Assembly: GCA_023253175.1 (NCBI GenBank)
Contig: JALRHH010000002.1
Coordinates: forward strand, 64,199 to 128,198
DNA from: Candidatus Saccharimonadia bacterium
GTDB lineage: Bacteria > Patescibacteriota > Saccharimonadia > Saccharimonadales > JALRHH01
Direction of reading: 5' to 3'
DNA: 64,000 nucleotides
Shown: positions 56,156-64,000 of the stretch, piece by piece
Layout: each line of letters starts with the position of its first letter
How positions within the stretch are numbered: the first letter of the stretch is position 1
Program-made: the position numbers and the translations under genes
Notes under the pieces: model-generated
Told to the model about the DNA's origin: nothing
The model's database searches: none
Seen by the model: the letters and a program-made list of their open reading frames with translations, nothing else

Positions 56156-56182
56156 TTAGCACTCAAAAGTCCAGAGTGCTAG
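56156..56182. promoter_or_regulatory. CIRCE operator upstream of dnaJ
   Basis: TTAGCACTC-AAAAGTCCA-GAGTGCTAG, one mismatch to the TTAGCACTC-N9-GAGTGCTAA consensus. Confidence 0.85.
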
Positions 56183-56204
56183 TCACGGGCAAACTGTCTG
56201 ATAT

Positions 56205-56230
56205 AAAAAAGCAGCCACAAATGTGGCCGC
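56205..56230 (-). terminator. Terminator after the GlsB-like gene
   Basis: gcagccaca-aa-tgtggccgc hairpin with a T-run on the minus strand. Confidence 0.6.
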
Positions 56231-56252
56231 TCTTTAACTCCTCAATGAGCTT

Positions 56253-56519
56253 TTAGTGTACGTTTGAGCCGCTTCGGCGGAACATTTTGACAATTGTCAA
56301 AAGTATAAATGCTCCGACAGTAGCGACGAGCAAGCTATATAGATTAAGCCCACTTACATCAGATGCGCCGAACATCTCAAATATAAAACCACCAATTAAG
56401 GCACCAATTATACCTACAATGATGTTTGCGAAAATTCCCATACTTTCATTGGTTTTGGCAAACATAGATGCAATCCAACCAGCCAAACCGCCGAGTATAA
56501 TCCAAGACAGAATTCCCAT
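56253..56519 (-). CDS. GlsB/YeaQ/YmgE (transglycosylase-associated) small membrane stress protein
   Basis: 88 aa. ILSWIILGGLAGWIA.., G-rich TM helices. Confidence 0.75.
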   Translation of the reverse strand: MGILSWIILGGLAGWIASMFAKTNESMGIFANIIVGIIGALIGGFIFEMFGASDVSGLNLYSLLVATVGAFILLTIVKMFRRSGSNVH

Positions 56520-56588
56520 ATTGTACCTCCTATTAGTTACTTATACAGTTTAGTGAATTTGTCTAATAAATACTGTGAAGTTTTACAC

Positions 56589-56620
56589 AAAAAAGCGGCT
56601 ACAAATGTAACCGCTTTTTT
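56589..56620 (-). terminator. Bidirectional terminator after dnaK
   Basis: aaaaaagcggcta-caaatg-taaccgctttttt. Confidence 0.7.
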
Positions 56621-56634
56621 GCATCCAGCAGGCT

Positions 56635-58545
56635 TTATTTCTTGTCGTCTACGACTTCGCCTTCTACCGGTTCGTCTTTGTCTGATTTCTTATCTTCTTC
56701 AGAACCTTCAGGCGCATCAGCACCTTCTTTTTGCGCTTGCTCATACATCTTGGCGCCGACTGGCATGATCTTGTCAGTCAATGCCTTAGCTGCTGATTCA
56801 AGTGCATCTTTGTCAGCACTTTCGTCCGCAACAACCTTCTTAGCTTCTTCGATTGCTTCATCCAATGTCTTCACATCTTCTTCAGCGAGCTTGTCTTTGT
56901 TGTCAGACTTCATCTTCTCAGCCTGATAGACAGCGCTGTCGAGCTGGTTACGGGCATCGATTGCTTCACGCTTTTTCTTGTCTTCTTCTGCATGTGCTTC
57001 AGCTTCCTTAGCCATCTTTTCAACTTCAGCCTTATCAAGGTTGCCACTGTTCTGAATGGTAATACTCTGTTCCTTACCAGAACCCTTGTCCTTGGCTGTA
57101 ACATTTAGAATTCCGTTGGCGTCAAGGTTAAAGGTAACTTCGATCTGTGGAACACCACGCGGCGCTGATGGGATACCATCAAGCACGAAGCGGCCCAGCG
57201 ACTTATTGTCGGCAACCATTTCACGCTCACCCTGCACGACGTGAATTTCTACTTGCGGCTGATTATCGGCTGCGGTACTGAATGTTTCACTCTTTGATGT
57301 AGGAATCGTGGTATTGCGCTCGATCAGCTTTGTCGCAACGCCGCCGAGTGTCTCAATACCAAGTGACAGTGGAGTCACATCGAGAAGCAGCACGTCCTTT
57401 ACATCACCCTGCAGTACGCCGCCCTGGATTGCAGCACCGATAGCAACGACTTCATCAGGGTTCACACCCTTCATTGGGTCTTTGCCAAAGATCTGCTTAA
57501 CCTTTTCCTGTACAGCTGGCATACGGGTCATACCACCAACAAGCACGACTGCATCGATGTCACTTGCAGACAATCCTGCATCCTTTAGTGCCTTTTCGCA
57601 TGGCTGGGCAGTGTTATCGATCAGATCACCGACCAGGCTCTCGAGCTTAGCGCGGGTCAGCTTGTGTTCGAAGTGCTTTGGACCGTCTGCATCTGCGGTT
57701 AGGAACGGGAGGTTGATTGTTACTTCATTAGTAGTTGAAAGTTCGATCTTAGCCTTTTCAGCCTCGTCGCGGAGACGCTGCATCGCTGCATTGTCATCCT
57801 TTAGATCAATGCCATTCTCTTTTTTGAATTCATCAACAAAGTAATTAACGATAGCGCGGTCAAAGTCAGCACCACCAAGGTGTGTATCACCGTTAGTAGA
57901 CTTCACTTCGAAAACGCCGTCGCCAAGCTCCAGGATAGAAACATCGAACGTACCGCCACCAAGGTCATAGACCGCAATCTTTTCATCCTTGCCAGCTCCC
58001 TTATCAAGGCCGTACGCAAGCGCTGCGGCAGTTGGTTCGTTGATGATACGCTTTACTTCGAGTCCAGCAATTTTACCAGCGTCTTTGGTTGCCTGACGTT
58101 GACTATCGTCAAAGTATGCAGGAACGGTAATAACTGCTTCTGTTACTGGTTCACCGAGGAAGCCTTCAGCATCGCTCTTGAGCTTGCCAAGGATCATAGC
58201 GCTAACTTCTTCTGGGCTGTATTCTTTGTCGCCCATCTTGACCTTAACGCCGGTCTTGCTCTTTACGATTTCGTAACCCATAAGCTTTAGGTCACGCTGA
58301 ACCTCTTTATCTTCAAAGTTACGTCCGATTAGACGCTTTACTTCGTAGATTGTGTTCTTTGGATTTGTCACCTGCTGGCGACGTGCTACCTGACCAACCA
58401 GACGTTCACCGTTCTTATTAACAGCTACGACTGATGGAGTAGTGCGGTTTCCTTCGCTGTTCGCGATAATTTCAGCCTTACCTGCCTGCATGACAGCCAT
58501 AGCTGAGTTTGTTGTACCTAAGTCGATACCAATAATCTTTCCCAT
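56635..58545 (-). CDS. dnaK: Chaperone DnaK (Hsp70)
   Basis: True start is ATG 58545 ([14 protein letters not shown]). The ORF-track N-terminal extension runs through CIRCE. Confidence 0.95.
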   Translation of the reverse strand: MGKIIGIDLGTTNSAMAVMQAGKAEIIANSEGNRTTPSVVAVNKNGERLVGQVARRQQVTNPKNTIYEVKRLIGRNFEDKEVQRDLKLMGYEIVKSKTGVKVKMGDKEYSPEEVSAMILGKLKSDAEGFLGEPVTEAVITVPAYFDDSQRQATKDAGKIAGLEVKRIINEPTAAALAYGLDKGAGKDEKIAVYDLGGGTFDVSILELGDGVFEVKSTNGDTHLGGADFDRAIVNYFVDEFKKENGIDLKDDNAAMQRLRDEAEKAKIELSTTNEVTINLPFLTADADGPKHFEHKLTRAKLESLVGDLIDNTAQPCEKALKDAGLSASDIDAVVLVGGMTRMPAVQEKVKQIFGKDPMKGVNPDEVVAIGAAIQGGVLQGDVKDVLLLDVTPLSLGIETLGGVATKLIERNTTIPTSKSETFSTAADNQPQVEIHVVQGEREMVADNKSLGRFVLDGIPSAPRGVPQIEVTFNLDANGILNVTAKDKGSGKEQSITIQNSGNLDKAEVEKMAKEAEAHAEEDKKKREAIDARNQLDSAVYQAEKMKSDNKDKLAEEDVKTLDEAIEEAKKVVADESADKDALESAAKALTDKIMPVGAKMYEQAQKEGADAPEGSEEDKKSDKDEPVEGEVVDDKK

Positions 58546-58613
58546 TTTGTATAGTTTCCTTTCCGTTAGCAAACAATTGGGTGGAGTGCTAATACAATTG
58601 TAGCATATAAAAA

Positions 58614-58640
58614 TTAGCACTCACATGTCAAGAGTGCTAA
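58614..58640. promoter_or_regulatory. CIRCE operator upstream of dnaK (perfect consensus)
   Basis: TTAGCACTC-ACATGTCAA-GAGTGCTAA. An extra half-site GAGTGCTAA lies at 58584-58592. Confidence 0.9.
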
Positions 58641-58662
58641 TTTTTATATGCTCTAGGTGTTA

Positions 58663-58815
58663 CTAGTCGTTTTTTAGCAAAAAATCACCGATTCTTTTGG
58701 TGACGGTCTCTATTGCATCTGGAATCACGCGAGCCGTCTCAATAAACGCTTCGCGCCACGCAGTTACCGCTGGGTCTTCGCTGCCAAATGACTCTATATT
58801 TGTTATTTGTGTCAT
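58663..58815 (-). CDS. Small unannotated ORF (50 aa) between grpE and dnaK
   Basis: Below the ORF-track cutoff. GGAGGA sits 5 nt before the ATG (58815). MTQITNIESFGSEDPAVTAWREAFIETARVIPDAIETVTKRIGDFLLKND. Confidence 0.45.
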   Translation of the reverse strand: MTQITNIESFGSEDPAVTAWREAFIETARVIPDAIETVTKRIGDFLLKND

Positions 58816-58931
58816 GATTATCCTCCAACTGCATAGTATGCCTAAGGGTAGCTAACAGTGAAGCAGAGAATATGAAAGCCATAAGCTTTTCCACTATTTA
58901 TATCGTGTATGAGAATATTTGGGCCAAATAA

Positions 58932-59390
58932 CTACTGGGTCTTAACGCGGACCATGGCGTGACGGATCACCTCATCGCCAAGCGCATAGCCAGACTGAAG
59001 CTCTTCGCTAACGACTTCAGTATCACCCTCGCCCTCTTCCATGCTTACGGCTTCATGGAGCTTTGGATCGAATGGTTCACCAACTGTCTTGATACGGCTA
59101 ACACCGATGTCCTCTAGGGTCTTCTCAAACTGCTTTACGACACCTTGTACGCCCTTGATGTAATCATTGTCTTTCAGCTCTTCTGGAACATGCTTGAGTG
59201 CCCGCTCGAAATTATCAACAACTGGCAGTAAGTCACTTACAACACCTGCCTTAACAACTGTTCTAAGGTTTGTGATCTGATCTTCGTGCCTTCGGCGTAC
59301 GTTAATAACGTCCGCTCGCTCACGCTGTAGTGCATCAGTTAATTCTGCGATTTTTGCTTCTAATTCTTCTATGGTTGGCTTTTTCGTCAT
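58932..59390 (-). CDS. grpE: Nucleotide exchange factor GrpE
   Basis: 152 aa. Coiled N-terminus, LLPVVDNFERAL, GEPFDPKLHEAV. Confidence 0.9.
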   Translation of the reverse strand: MTKKPTIEELEAKIAELTDALQRERADVINVRRRHEDQITNLRTVVKAGVVSDLLPVVDNFERALKHVPEELKDNDYIKGVQGVVKQFEKTLEDIGVSRIKTVGEPFDPKLHEAVSMEEGEGDTEVVSEELQSGYALGDEVIRHAMVRVKTQ

Positions 59391-59668
59391 TACTTCTGTC
59401 CTTTTAATCTTCGTCTTGCAAAGCTTCTTTCAAATACGGAAGTCACATACCATACTGCAACTGCCGCCAAATATATAATCATGTATTTCAGTGTGAGACT
59501 TTCAGTTGTTTCTGCAGGCTTATCCTCGCCAATCGTTACAGATAAAAGTGTAAATATGAGCACCAGAATTGCCGCCTGGATTAACGAAGTTGTAAAAAGT
59601 TTTTTGTCAGTTCTACTGGCAATCTCTTCTAGGCGGCTTCGTTGTTCTTGGGCAGTCAATCGTCTCAT
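59390..59668 (-). CDS. Small two-TM membrane protein in the heat-shock operon
   Basis: 92 aa. Its stop overlaps the grpE start. Confidence 0.5.
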   Translation of the reverse strand: MRRLTAQEQRSRLEEIASRTDKKLFTTSLIQAAILVLIFTLLSVTIGEDKPAETTESLTLKYMIIYLAAVAVWYVTSVFERSFARRRLKGQK

Positions 59669-59949
59669 TGTTCCACCCTCTTACGGGCTAGTGACCGTTC
59701 AAACTTTAGTACCCATATCATGACCACACTGATGGCAAGATACAAACCAATGACTTCTAAAACTATCAGAATAGCTGAATACGTATCAAATTTGCCTGAT
59801 ATATATTTCAGCAAAACTGCAGCTGCCACAATATGCACCGCCTGGGTCATAGCTTCTATACGGAGTATCTTATTGGAAGCGCTCGCTTTGGAGGTGTAAA
59901 ATTCTGCTGCTTCTGATTTTGTAAGTGACGTGAAAAACACTCTAGGCAT
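59665..59949 (-). CDS. Small two-TM membrane protein in the heat-shock operon
   Basis: ATG 59949 overlaps the hrcA stop (ATGCCTAG). The ORF-track start 59979 would overlap hrcA by 38 nt. Confidence 0.45.
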   Translation of the reverse strand: MPRVFFTSLTKSEAAEFYTSKASASNKILRIEAMTQAVHIVAAAVLLKYISGKFDTYSAILIVLEVIGLYLAISVVMIWVLKFERSLARKRVEQ

Positions 59950-60646
59950 AGAGCACTTCCTCCAGTGAACGACCCGCATGCTCTACAAGTCCCATAACAT
60001 TTCGGTAGCTCTGACGAGTTGGGCCAAGCACACCGATGTAGCTGCGATCGCTATACGGGCTACGGAACTTACTGATAATCAGCGTACAGTTGGCTGCTCG
60101 GCCAATTGGATTTTCTGCGCCAATATAGACACTGAGTGGCTCATTTGGTGCTGCCTCACGGAGCCATGGCTCAAGATTGTCCAGCAATCTCGCAACTTGC
60201 TGGACCTGGTTGCCACCCGCGAATTCGGGCTGACCAAATAGATTTGATAGTCCTGACATATAAAGCTGATTACCGATAGTCGCAATGCCAAGGTTGTGTG
60301 TTAATTCCACGAGTGTATCCACTGCATTTCGAATTGTTCGTTCAGGCAATCCACCGCCTTCAACGCGGGCCGCGAGTGCACGCTCGCCGCGGCGCTCGGT
60401 TGGTGACTGCTGTGTGTCACTCAGGCTATTCACATAGAGACGATAGCCCTTATCCGTCGGAATTCGGCCCGCGCTCGTATGTGGCTGCGCAATAAAACCA
60501 AGCCGTTCGAGTTCTGCCATTTCGGCACGAATTGTCGCTGAAGAGACATTAAAGACTTTTGCCAGAAGGCTCGATCCAACCGGACTAGCCACTTCGGCAT
60601 ATTGCTCAACAATTGCTCGTAATATCTGGTTTTGACGGTCTGTCAT
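59942..60646 (-). CDS. hrcA: Heat-inducible repressor HrcA (short form, 234 aa)
   Basis: ATG 60646 (MTDRQNQILRAIVEQY..). wHTH SSATIRAEMAELERLGFI, PHTSAGRIPTDKGYR, C-terminal IGVLGPTRQSY. Confidence 0.85.
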   Translation of the reverse strand: MTDRQNQILRAIVEQYAEVASPVGSSLLAKVFNVSSATIRAEMAELERLGFIAQPHTSAGRIPTDKGYRLYVNSLSDTQQSPTERRGERALAARVEGGGLPERTIRNAVDTLVELTHNLGIATIGNQLYMSGLSNLFGQPEFAGGNQVQQVARLLDNLEPWLREAAPNEPLSVYIGAENPIGRAANCTLIISKFRSPYSDRSYIGVLGPTRQSYRNVMGLVEHAGRSLEEVLYA

Positions 60647-60666
60647 AATGTCCCCAGTATACGAAA

Positions 60667-60693
60667 CTGGCACTCAAAAGTCCAGAGTGCTAG
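60667..60693. promoter_or_regulatory. CIRCE-like operator upstream of hrcA
   Basis: CTGGCACTC-AAAAGTCCA-GAGTGCTAG. The spacer is identical to the dnaJ copy. Confidence 0.75.
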
Positions 60694-61397
60694 ACTTGTG
60701 ACTCGAGGTAATCAATAAGGTGTTCTGTGACCTTGTCGGCATAACCGCTCGTACGGGAAACACTGCCATCCAGAACATCCAGTACGCGCTTTACAGTTGT
60801 CTGGAGATCATCATTAATTATTAAAACGAATCGTTCGTCGGCTTGAATGTGTTTAATCTCATCATAAGCAGTCCGGAAGCGCTTTTTAAGTTCCTCTTCG
60901 TGATCAGATAAATTTCCATCATATCTACGTGATAACCTATCAAGCCATGTATCCACGCTTGGAGGCAGTAAAAATACCGCATGGGTGTCCGGCTTTACAC
61001 CCAAATATTCCACAACACCCTGAATATCAATATCGGTCACCGCGACTTTGTTTTCGGTAAACGCCTGCTCGACTTCGGTAACACTCGTACCATAGATATT
61101 GCCGTGTACATACTTTGCCTCGACGAAGGCCTGCTCCTGTAAAAGCTCAGTAGCACCCTTTTGGTCAATAAAATGGTAATCAATGCCATCTTTTTCGAGT
61201 ATCCCATGGTTTGACCGCGGGCTACGAGTTGTATGCGAAACAATACGATGGAAGTTGCCAGTTTTGACAAGTTCCTTCACGACCGTGTCCTTACCGCCGC
61301 CTGCGATGCTCGCAATAAGTAATAGCTTTGTTTTTTGGACAACTGCATGTGCCTCGTCTGACATGTGGTAGTTTTTGATTATTTCTTCAAGATTCAT
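60690..61397 (-). CDS. Guanylate kinase-like P-loop NMP kinase
   Basis: 235 aa. SIAGGGKDT (degenerate P-loop), SHTTRSPRS..GIDYHFI, FVEAKYVHGNIYGTS. Confidence 0.65.
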   Translation of the reverse strand: MNLEEIIKNYHMSDEAHAVVQKTKLLLIASIAGGGKDTVVKELVKTGNFHRIVSHTTRSPRSNHGILEKDGIDYHFIDQKGATELLQEQAFVEAKYVHGNIYGTSVTEVEQAFTENKVAVTDIDIQGVVEYLGVKPDTHAVFLLPPSVDTWLDRLSRRYDGNLSDHEEELKKRFRTAYDEIKHIQADERFVLIINDDLQTTVKRVLDVLDGSVSRTSGYADKVTEHLIDYLESQV

Positions 61398-61443
61398 ATC
61401 TGATAATTGTACAAGACAAGTACTTCTAAACTAAAATAATAGT

Positions 61444-61908
61444 ATGAAGAAAGCACCAGATTTTACCCTCGAAGATCAAAATGGAACCAAACATTCATTA
61501 GCAGACTATGCAGGTAGATGGGTAGTCATATACTTTTACCCCAAGGATGATACCCCTGGATGTACGACCGAAGCATGTAGTTTTAGGGATAGTCGCGATG
61601 CTATTGCTGAATTTGGAAATAGCGTCGTTATTGGAATCAGCAAAGATACCGTAAAGAGCCACAAGAAATTTGCCGATAAGTTTGATTTAAATTTCACACT
61701 TCTGAGCGATCCAGAACATAAAGTTATTGAAGCCTACGGCGCGTGGCAAGAAAAATCTATGTTTGGCAAAAAATACATGGGAATTCAGCGCATGACCGTC
61801 ATTATCGACCCGATAGGAAACATCGTAAAAGAATATCCCAAAGTTAGCCCTAATAAGCACGGCGCTGAAATTATTGCTGATTTACGTCAGCTTCAGGCTG
61901 CTCGCTAG
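61444..61908 (+). CDS. bcp: Thiol peroxidase Bcp (peroxiredoxin)
   Basis: 154 aa. FYPKDDTPGCTTEAC. Confidence 0.9.
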   Translation: MKKAPDFTLEDQNGTKHSLADYAGRWVVIYFYPKDDTPGCTTEACSFRDSRDAIAEFGNSVVIGISKDTVKSHKKFADKFDLNFTLLSDPEHKVIEAYGAWQEKSMFGKKYMGIQRMTVIIDPIGNIVKEYPKVSPNKHGAEIIADLRQLQAAR

Positions 61909-62077
61909 GAACGTCGAGATCAAGCGCCTCGGGCTTCTTTTCTGGAAGTGGCTCGGGTGCCTTCTCCAGTTCTGGCCATGCCGCAGATGCCCCAATGGCA
62001 CGAGCCTTGGACTCTTGAATCATCTGCATTTTGAGCGTATTTAGCGCAGATCCTGTTGGCTGCGGTTCATTGTTCAT
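61871..62077 (-). CDS. Hypothetical small acidic protein (weak call)
   Basis: 68 aa, no RBS. Overlaps the bcp 3' end by 38 nt. Confidence 0.3.
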   Translation of the reverse strand: MNNEPQPTGSALNTLKMQMIQESKARAIGASAAWPELEKAPEPLPEKKPEALDLDVPSEQPEADVNQQ

Positions 62078-62089
62078 ACAAGAAAGATA

Positions 62090-62347
62090 CTATCCAAGTT
62101 TACGGAGTGCAAGTCCTGTTATAGAAAGTGTCGTTATACCGATAATCAGTAAAATCCATGGGTGGTTCACAAACAGATCGATGCTATCAATAATCTTTTC
62201 AAATCCATAAAACGTAGATACTAACCCAAATGTTCCTATCAGCGCAAATGTCAGTGGATACCTTCCGGCAATGGTCTCACGGCGTGTCTTCGCCTTTTCG
62301 ATAATTCTGTCATCAATATCAGTAAATGGAATAACACTTTTTGTCAT
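62090..62347 (-). CDS. Small two-TM membrane protein
   Basis: 85 aa, immediately downstream of lepA (2-nt gap). Confidence 0.5.
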   Translation of the reverse strand: MTKSVIPFTDIDDRIIEKAKTRRETIAGRYPLTFALIGTFGLVSTFYGFEKIIDSIDLFVNHPWILLIIGITTLSITGLALRKLG

Positions 62348-62349
62348 GC

Positions 62350-64000
62350 TTAATCCCTTTTGAGCATTACTGTGAAGGCTTCGGCCGGGATGTCGACTTT
62401 ACCGAATCGCTTCATCCTTGCCTTACCCTTTTTCTGCTTTTCTAGCAGCTTCTTGCGGCGCGTTACGTCACCACCATAGAGTTTTGCGGTTACGTCTTTA
62501 CGGTAGCCACTGAGGTCTTCGCGCGCTATGAAACGTCCGCCAATTGCAGCCTGTAATGCAACCTGGAAGTTCTGACGTGGAATAACTTCCTTTAGTTTCT
62601 TCACTGTTTCGCGGCCGAGAGCTTGGGCCTCCGTCTTGTGTGCCATAACACTTAGCGCCGCCACCATGTCACCTGCAATATAAAAATCAACACGGACGAG
62701 GTCTTCTGCACGGTAGTTATCAAGTTCATAATTAAATGAACCGTAGCCGCTTGTCACGCTCTTTAATTGGTCATAGAAATCAGTCAAAAGGTTTGCCAGA
62801 GGCGCATCAAATGCGACGACCGCCAGCTGCGCGTCAACAAATGATAGATTCTTTTGGATACCCCGCTTACTGACGATCAACTGAATAACCGCACCGACAT
62901 AATCTTTAGGCACGACAACCTCACCCTTGATCCAAGGCTCACGGATTTCAGCGACTTTGGCAACGTCAGGTAGATCTGCCGCAGAGCGAATACCAATAGA
63001 CTCGCCGTCATTAAGATCAACCTGGTAATCAGTACTTGGGTTAGTCACGATGAGATCAAGGTTGTATTCCCGCTCCAAACGCTCACGGACAATATCCATG
63101 TGGAGCAGTCCCAAGAATCCAATGCGTACACCAAATCCGAGTACTGGAGAATTTTCTGGCTCCCACACGAGGGCAGAGTCACTAAGACTGAGCTTTTCGA
63201 TCGCTTCTTTTAGCTCATTATACTGTTCGTTACTTTCAGGGAAAAAGCCTGCATATACGAATGGCTTTACATCCTTATAACCCGGAAGTACTTCTGTTGC
63301 CGGAGACTTTACAAGTGTCACCGTATCGCCAACCTTTGCCTCGCGGGTGCTACGAAGGTTTGTCACGATATAGCCGATTTCACCTGCATCAATTGACGGT
63401 AGCGGTGACATAGCAGGAGTCAGCGCACCTACCTCAAGTGCAAGGCCCTGACTATCTGTCGCCATCATTTGGATCTGGTCGCCCTTGCTGATCTTGCCGT
63501 CAACGGTTCGGACGTACAGGATAACGCCGCGGTAATCGTCGTAGTAGCTGTCAAAAATAAGTGCGCGCGTCGGAAGGCTTTCATCGCCCTTTGGTGCTGG
63601 AATCTCGCTGACAACTTTATCAAGCACCACTTCTACGCCCATTCCGGTTTTAGCAGAAATATGTAGGATGTCTTCTTTCTTACAGCCGAGTAAGCTAATC
63701 ACCTCTTCACTCACGCGATCAACATCTGCTGCCGGCAGGTCGATCTTATTAAGCACTGGGATAATTGTCAGGTCGGCATCCATTGCAAGGTATACATTGG
63801 CGAGTGTCTGCGCCTGGATACCCTGACTGGCGTCCACGACAAGAATAGCCCCTTCACATGCCTCAAGACTCCGAGACACCTCATAGCTAAAGTCGACGTG
63901 CCCTGGCGTATCAATGAGATTAAGTTCATAGTCCTGATACTTCATGCGAACGGGTGCCAGCTTGATGGTGATACCTTTTTCACGCTCTAGATCCATCTTA
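62350..64000 (-). CDS. lepA: Elongation factor 4 (LepA), N-terminus beyond the window end
   Basis: ERERGITIK-like DLEREKGITIKLAPV, LIDTPGHVDF, NKIDLP, C-terminal LepA_C. The frame is open to base 64000; the Met at 63996 is internal. Confidence 0.95.
   Translation of the reverse strand, partial: KMDLEREKGITIKLAPVRMKYQDYELNLIDTPGHVDFSYEVSRSLEACEGAILVVDASQGIQAQTLANVYLAMDADLTIIPVLNKIDLPAADVDRVSEEVISLLGCKKEDILHISAKTGMGVEVVLDKVVSEIPAPKGDESLPTRALIFDSYYDDYRGVILYVRTVDGKISKGDQIQMMATDSQGLALEVGALTPAMSPLPSIDAGEIGYIVTNLRSTREAKVGDTVTLVKSPATEVLPGYKDVKPFVYAGFFPESNEQYNELKEAIEKLSLSDSALVWEPENSPVLGFGVRIGFLGLLHMDIVRERLEREYNLDLIVTNPSTDYQVDLNDGESIGIRSAADLPDVAKVAEIREPWIKGEVVVPKDYVGAVIQLIVSKRGIQKNLSFVDAQLAVVAFDAPLANLLTDFYDQLKSVTSGYGSFNYELDNYRAEDLVRVDFYIAGDMVAALSVMAHKTEAQALGRETVKKLKEVIPRQNFQVALQAAIGGRFIAREDLSGYRKDVTAKLYGGDVTRRKKLLEKQKKGKARMKRFGKVDIPAEAFTVMLKRD

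Noticed and set aside
63994-63996. Met at 63996 as the LepA start codon
   Set aside because: The LepA G-domain motifs that precede DLEREKGITIK (G1 P-loop) are missing and the frame stays open to the window edge. The gene is therefore truncated by the window.

Overview
This 64-kb window has a backbone of about 40-50% GC by hand-counted 60-nt samples. It is tightly packed with mostly minus-strand genes. Gene content suggests a reduced-genome, Gram-positive-type bacterium, plausibly a Patescibacteria/CPR lineage such as Saccharibacteria. The basis is sortases plus a giant LPXTG-type surface protein, a secretin-less type IV pilus cluster (pilB-pilC-pilA, minor pilins, pilMNO), a ComEC DNA-uptake module, a truncated TsaB, a short HrcA and almost no biosynthesis. 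This taxonomic call is inference only; no database search was possible. Recognisable core genes are rny, tsaB/tsaE, recA/recX, ruvA/ruvB/ruvC, yebC, hrcA-grpE-dnaK-dnaJ with three CIRCE operators, rimK, bcp, partial lepA, a P1B-type ATPase, and a PAS histidine kinase with a receiver. There are four canonical tRNA genes (His, Arg, Pro, Lys), all on the minus strand and all CCA-encoding, plus one atypical tRNA-Gly(TCC)-like gene. The main accessory or unusual signals are five. (1) An AT-rich three-gene operon at 8451-12403 reads HEPN-like / CHAT (caspase-like) protease / HEPN-like. It sits in a mosaic island next to the tRNA-Gly-like gene and is my best candidate for an undescribed protease-RNase defence system. 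(2) A ~2-kb insert of 60-75% GC (about 45785-47830) carries an actinobacterial-looking secreted protein and an intact class F sortase. (3) A family of ~170-180 bp structured elements sits immediately 3' of three tRNA genes, each bounded by a 12-13 nt direct copy of that tRNA's own acceptor/T-stem segment. (4) A ~67-bp hairpin-containing tandem repeat family occurs at two loci. (5) A native class-F-like sortase homologue has Thr in place of the catalytic Cys. All protein family calls rest on motifs read by eye and need HMM or structure confirmation.
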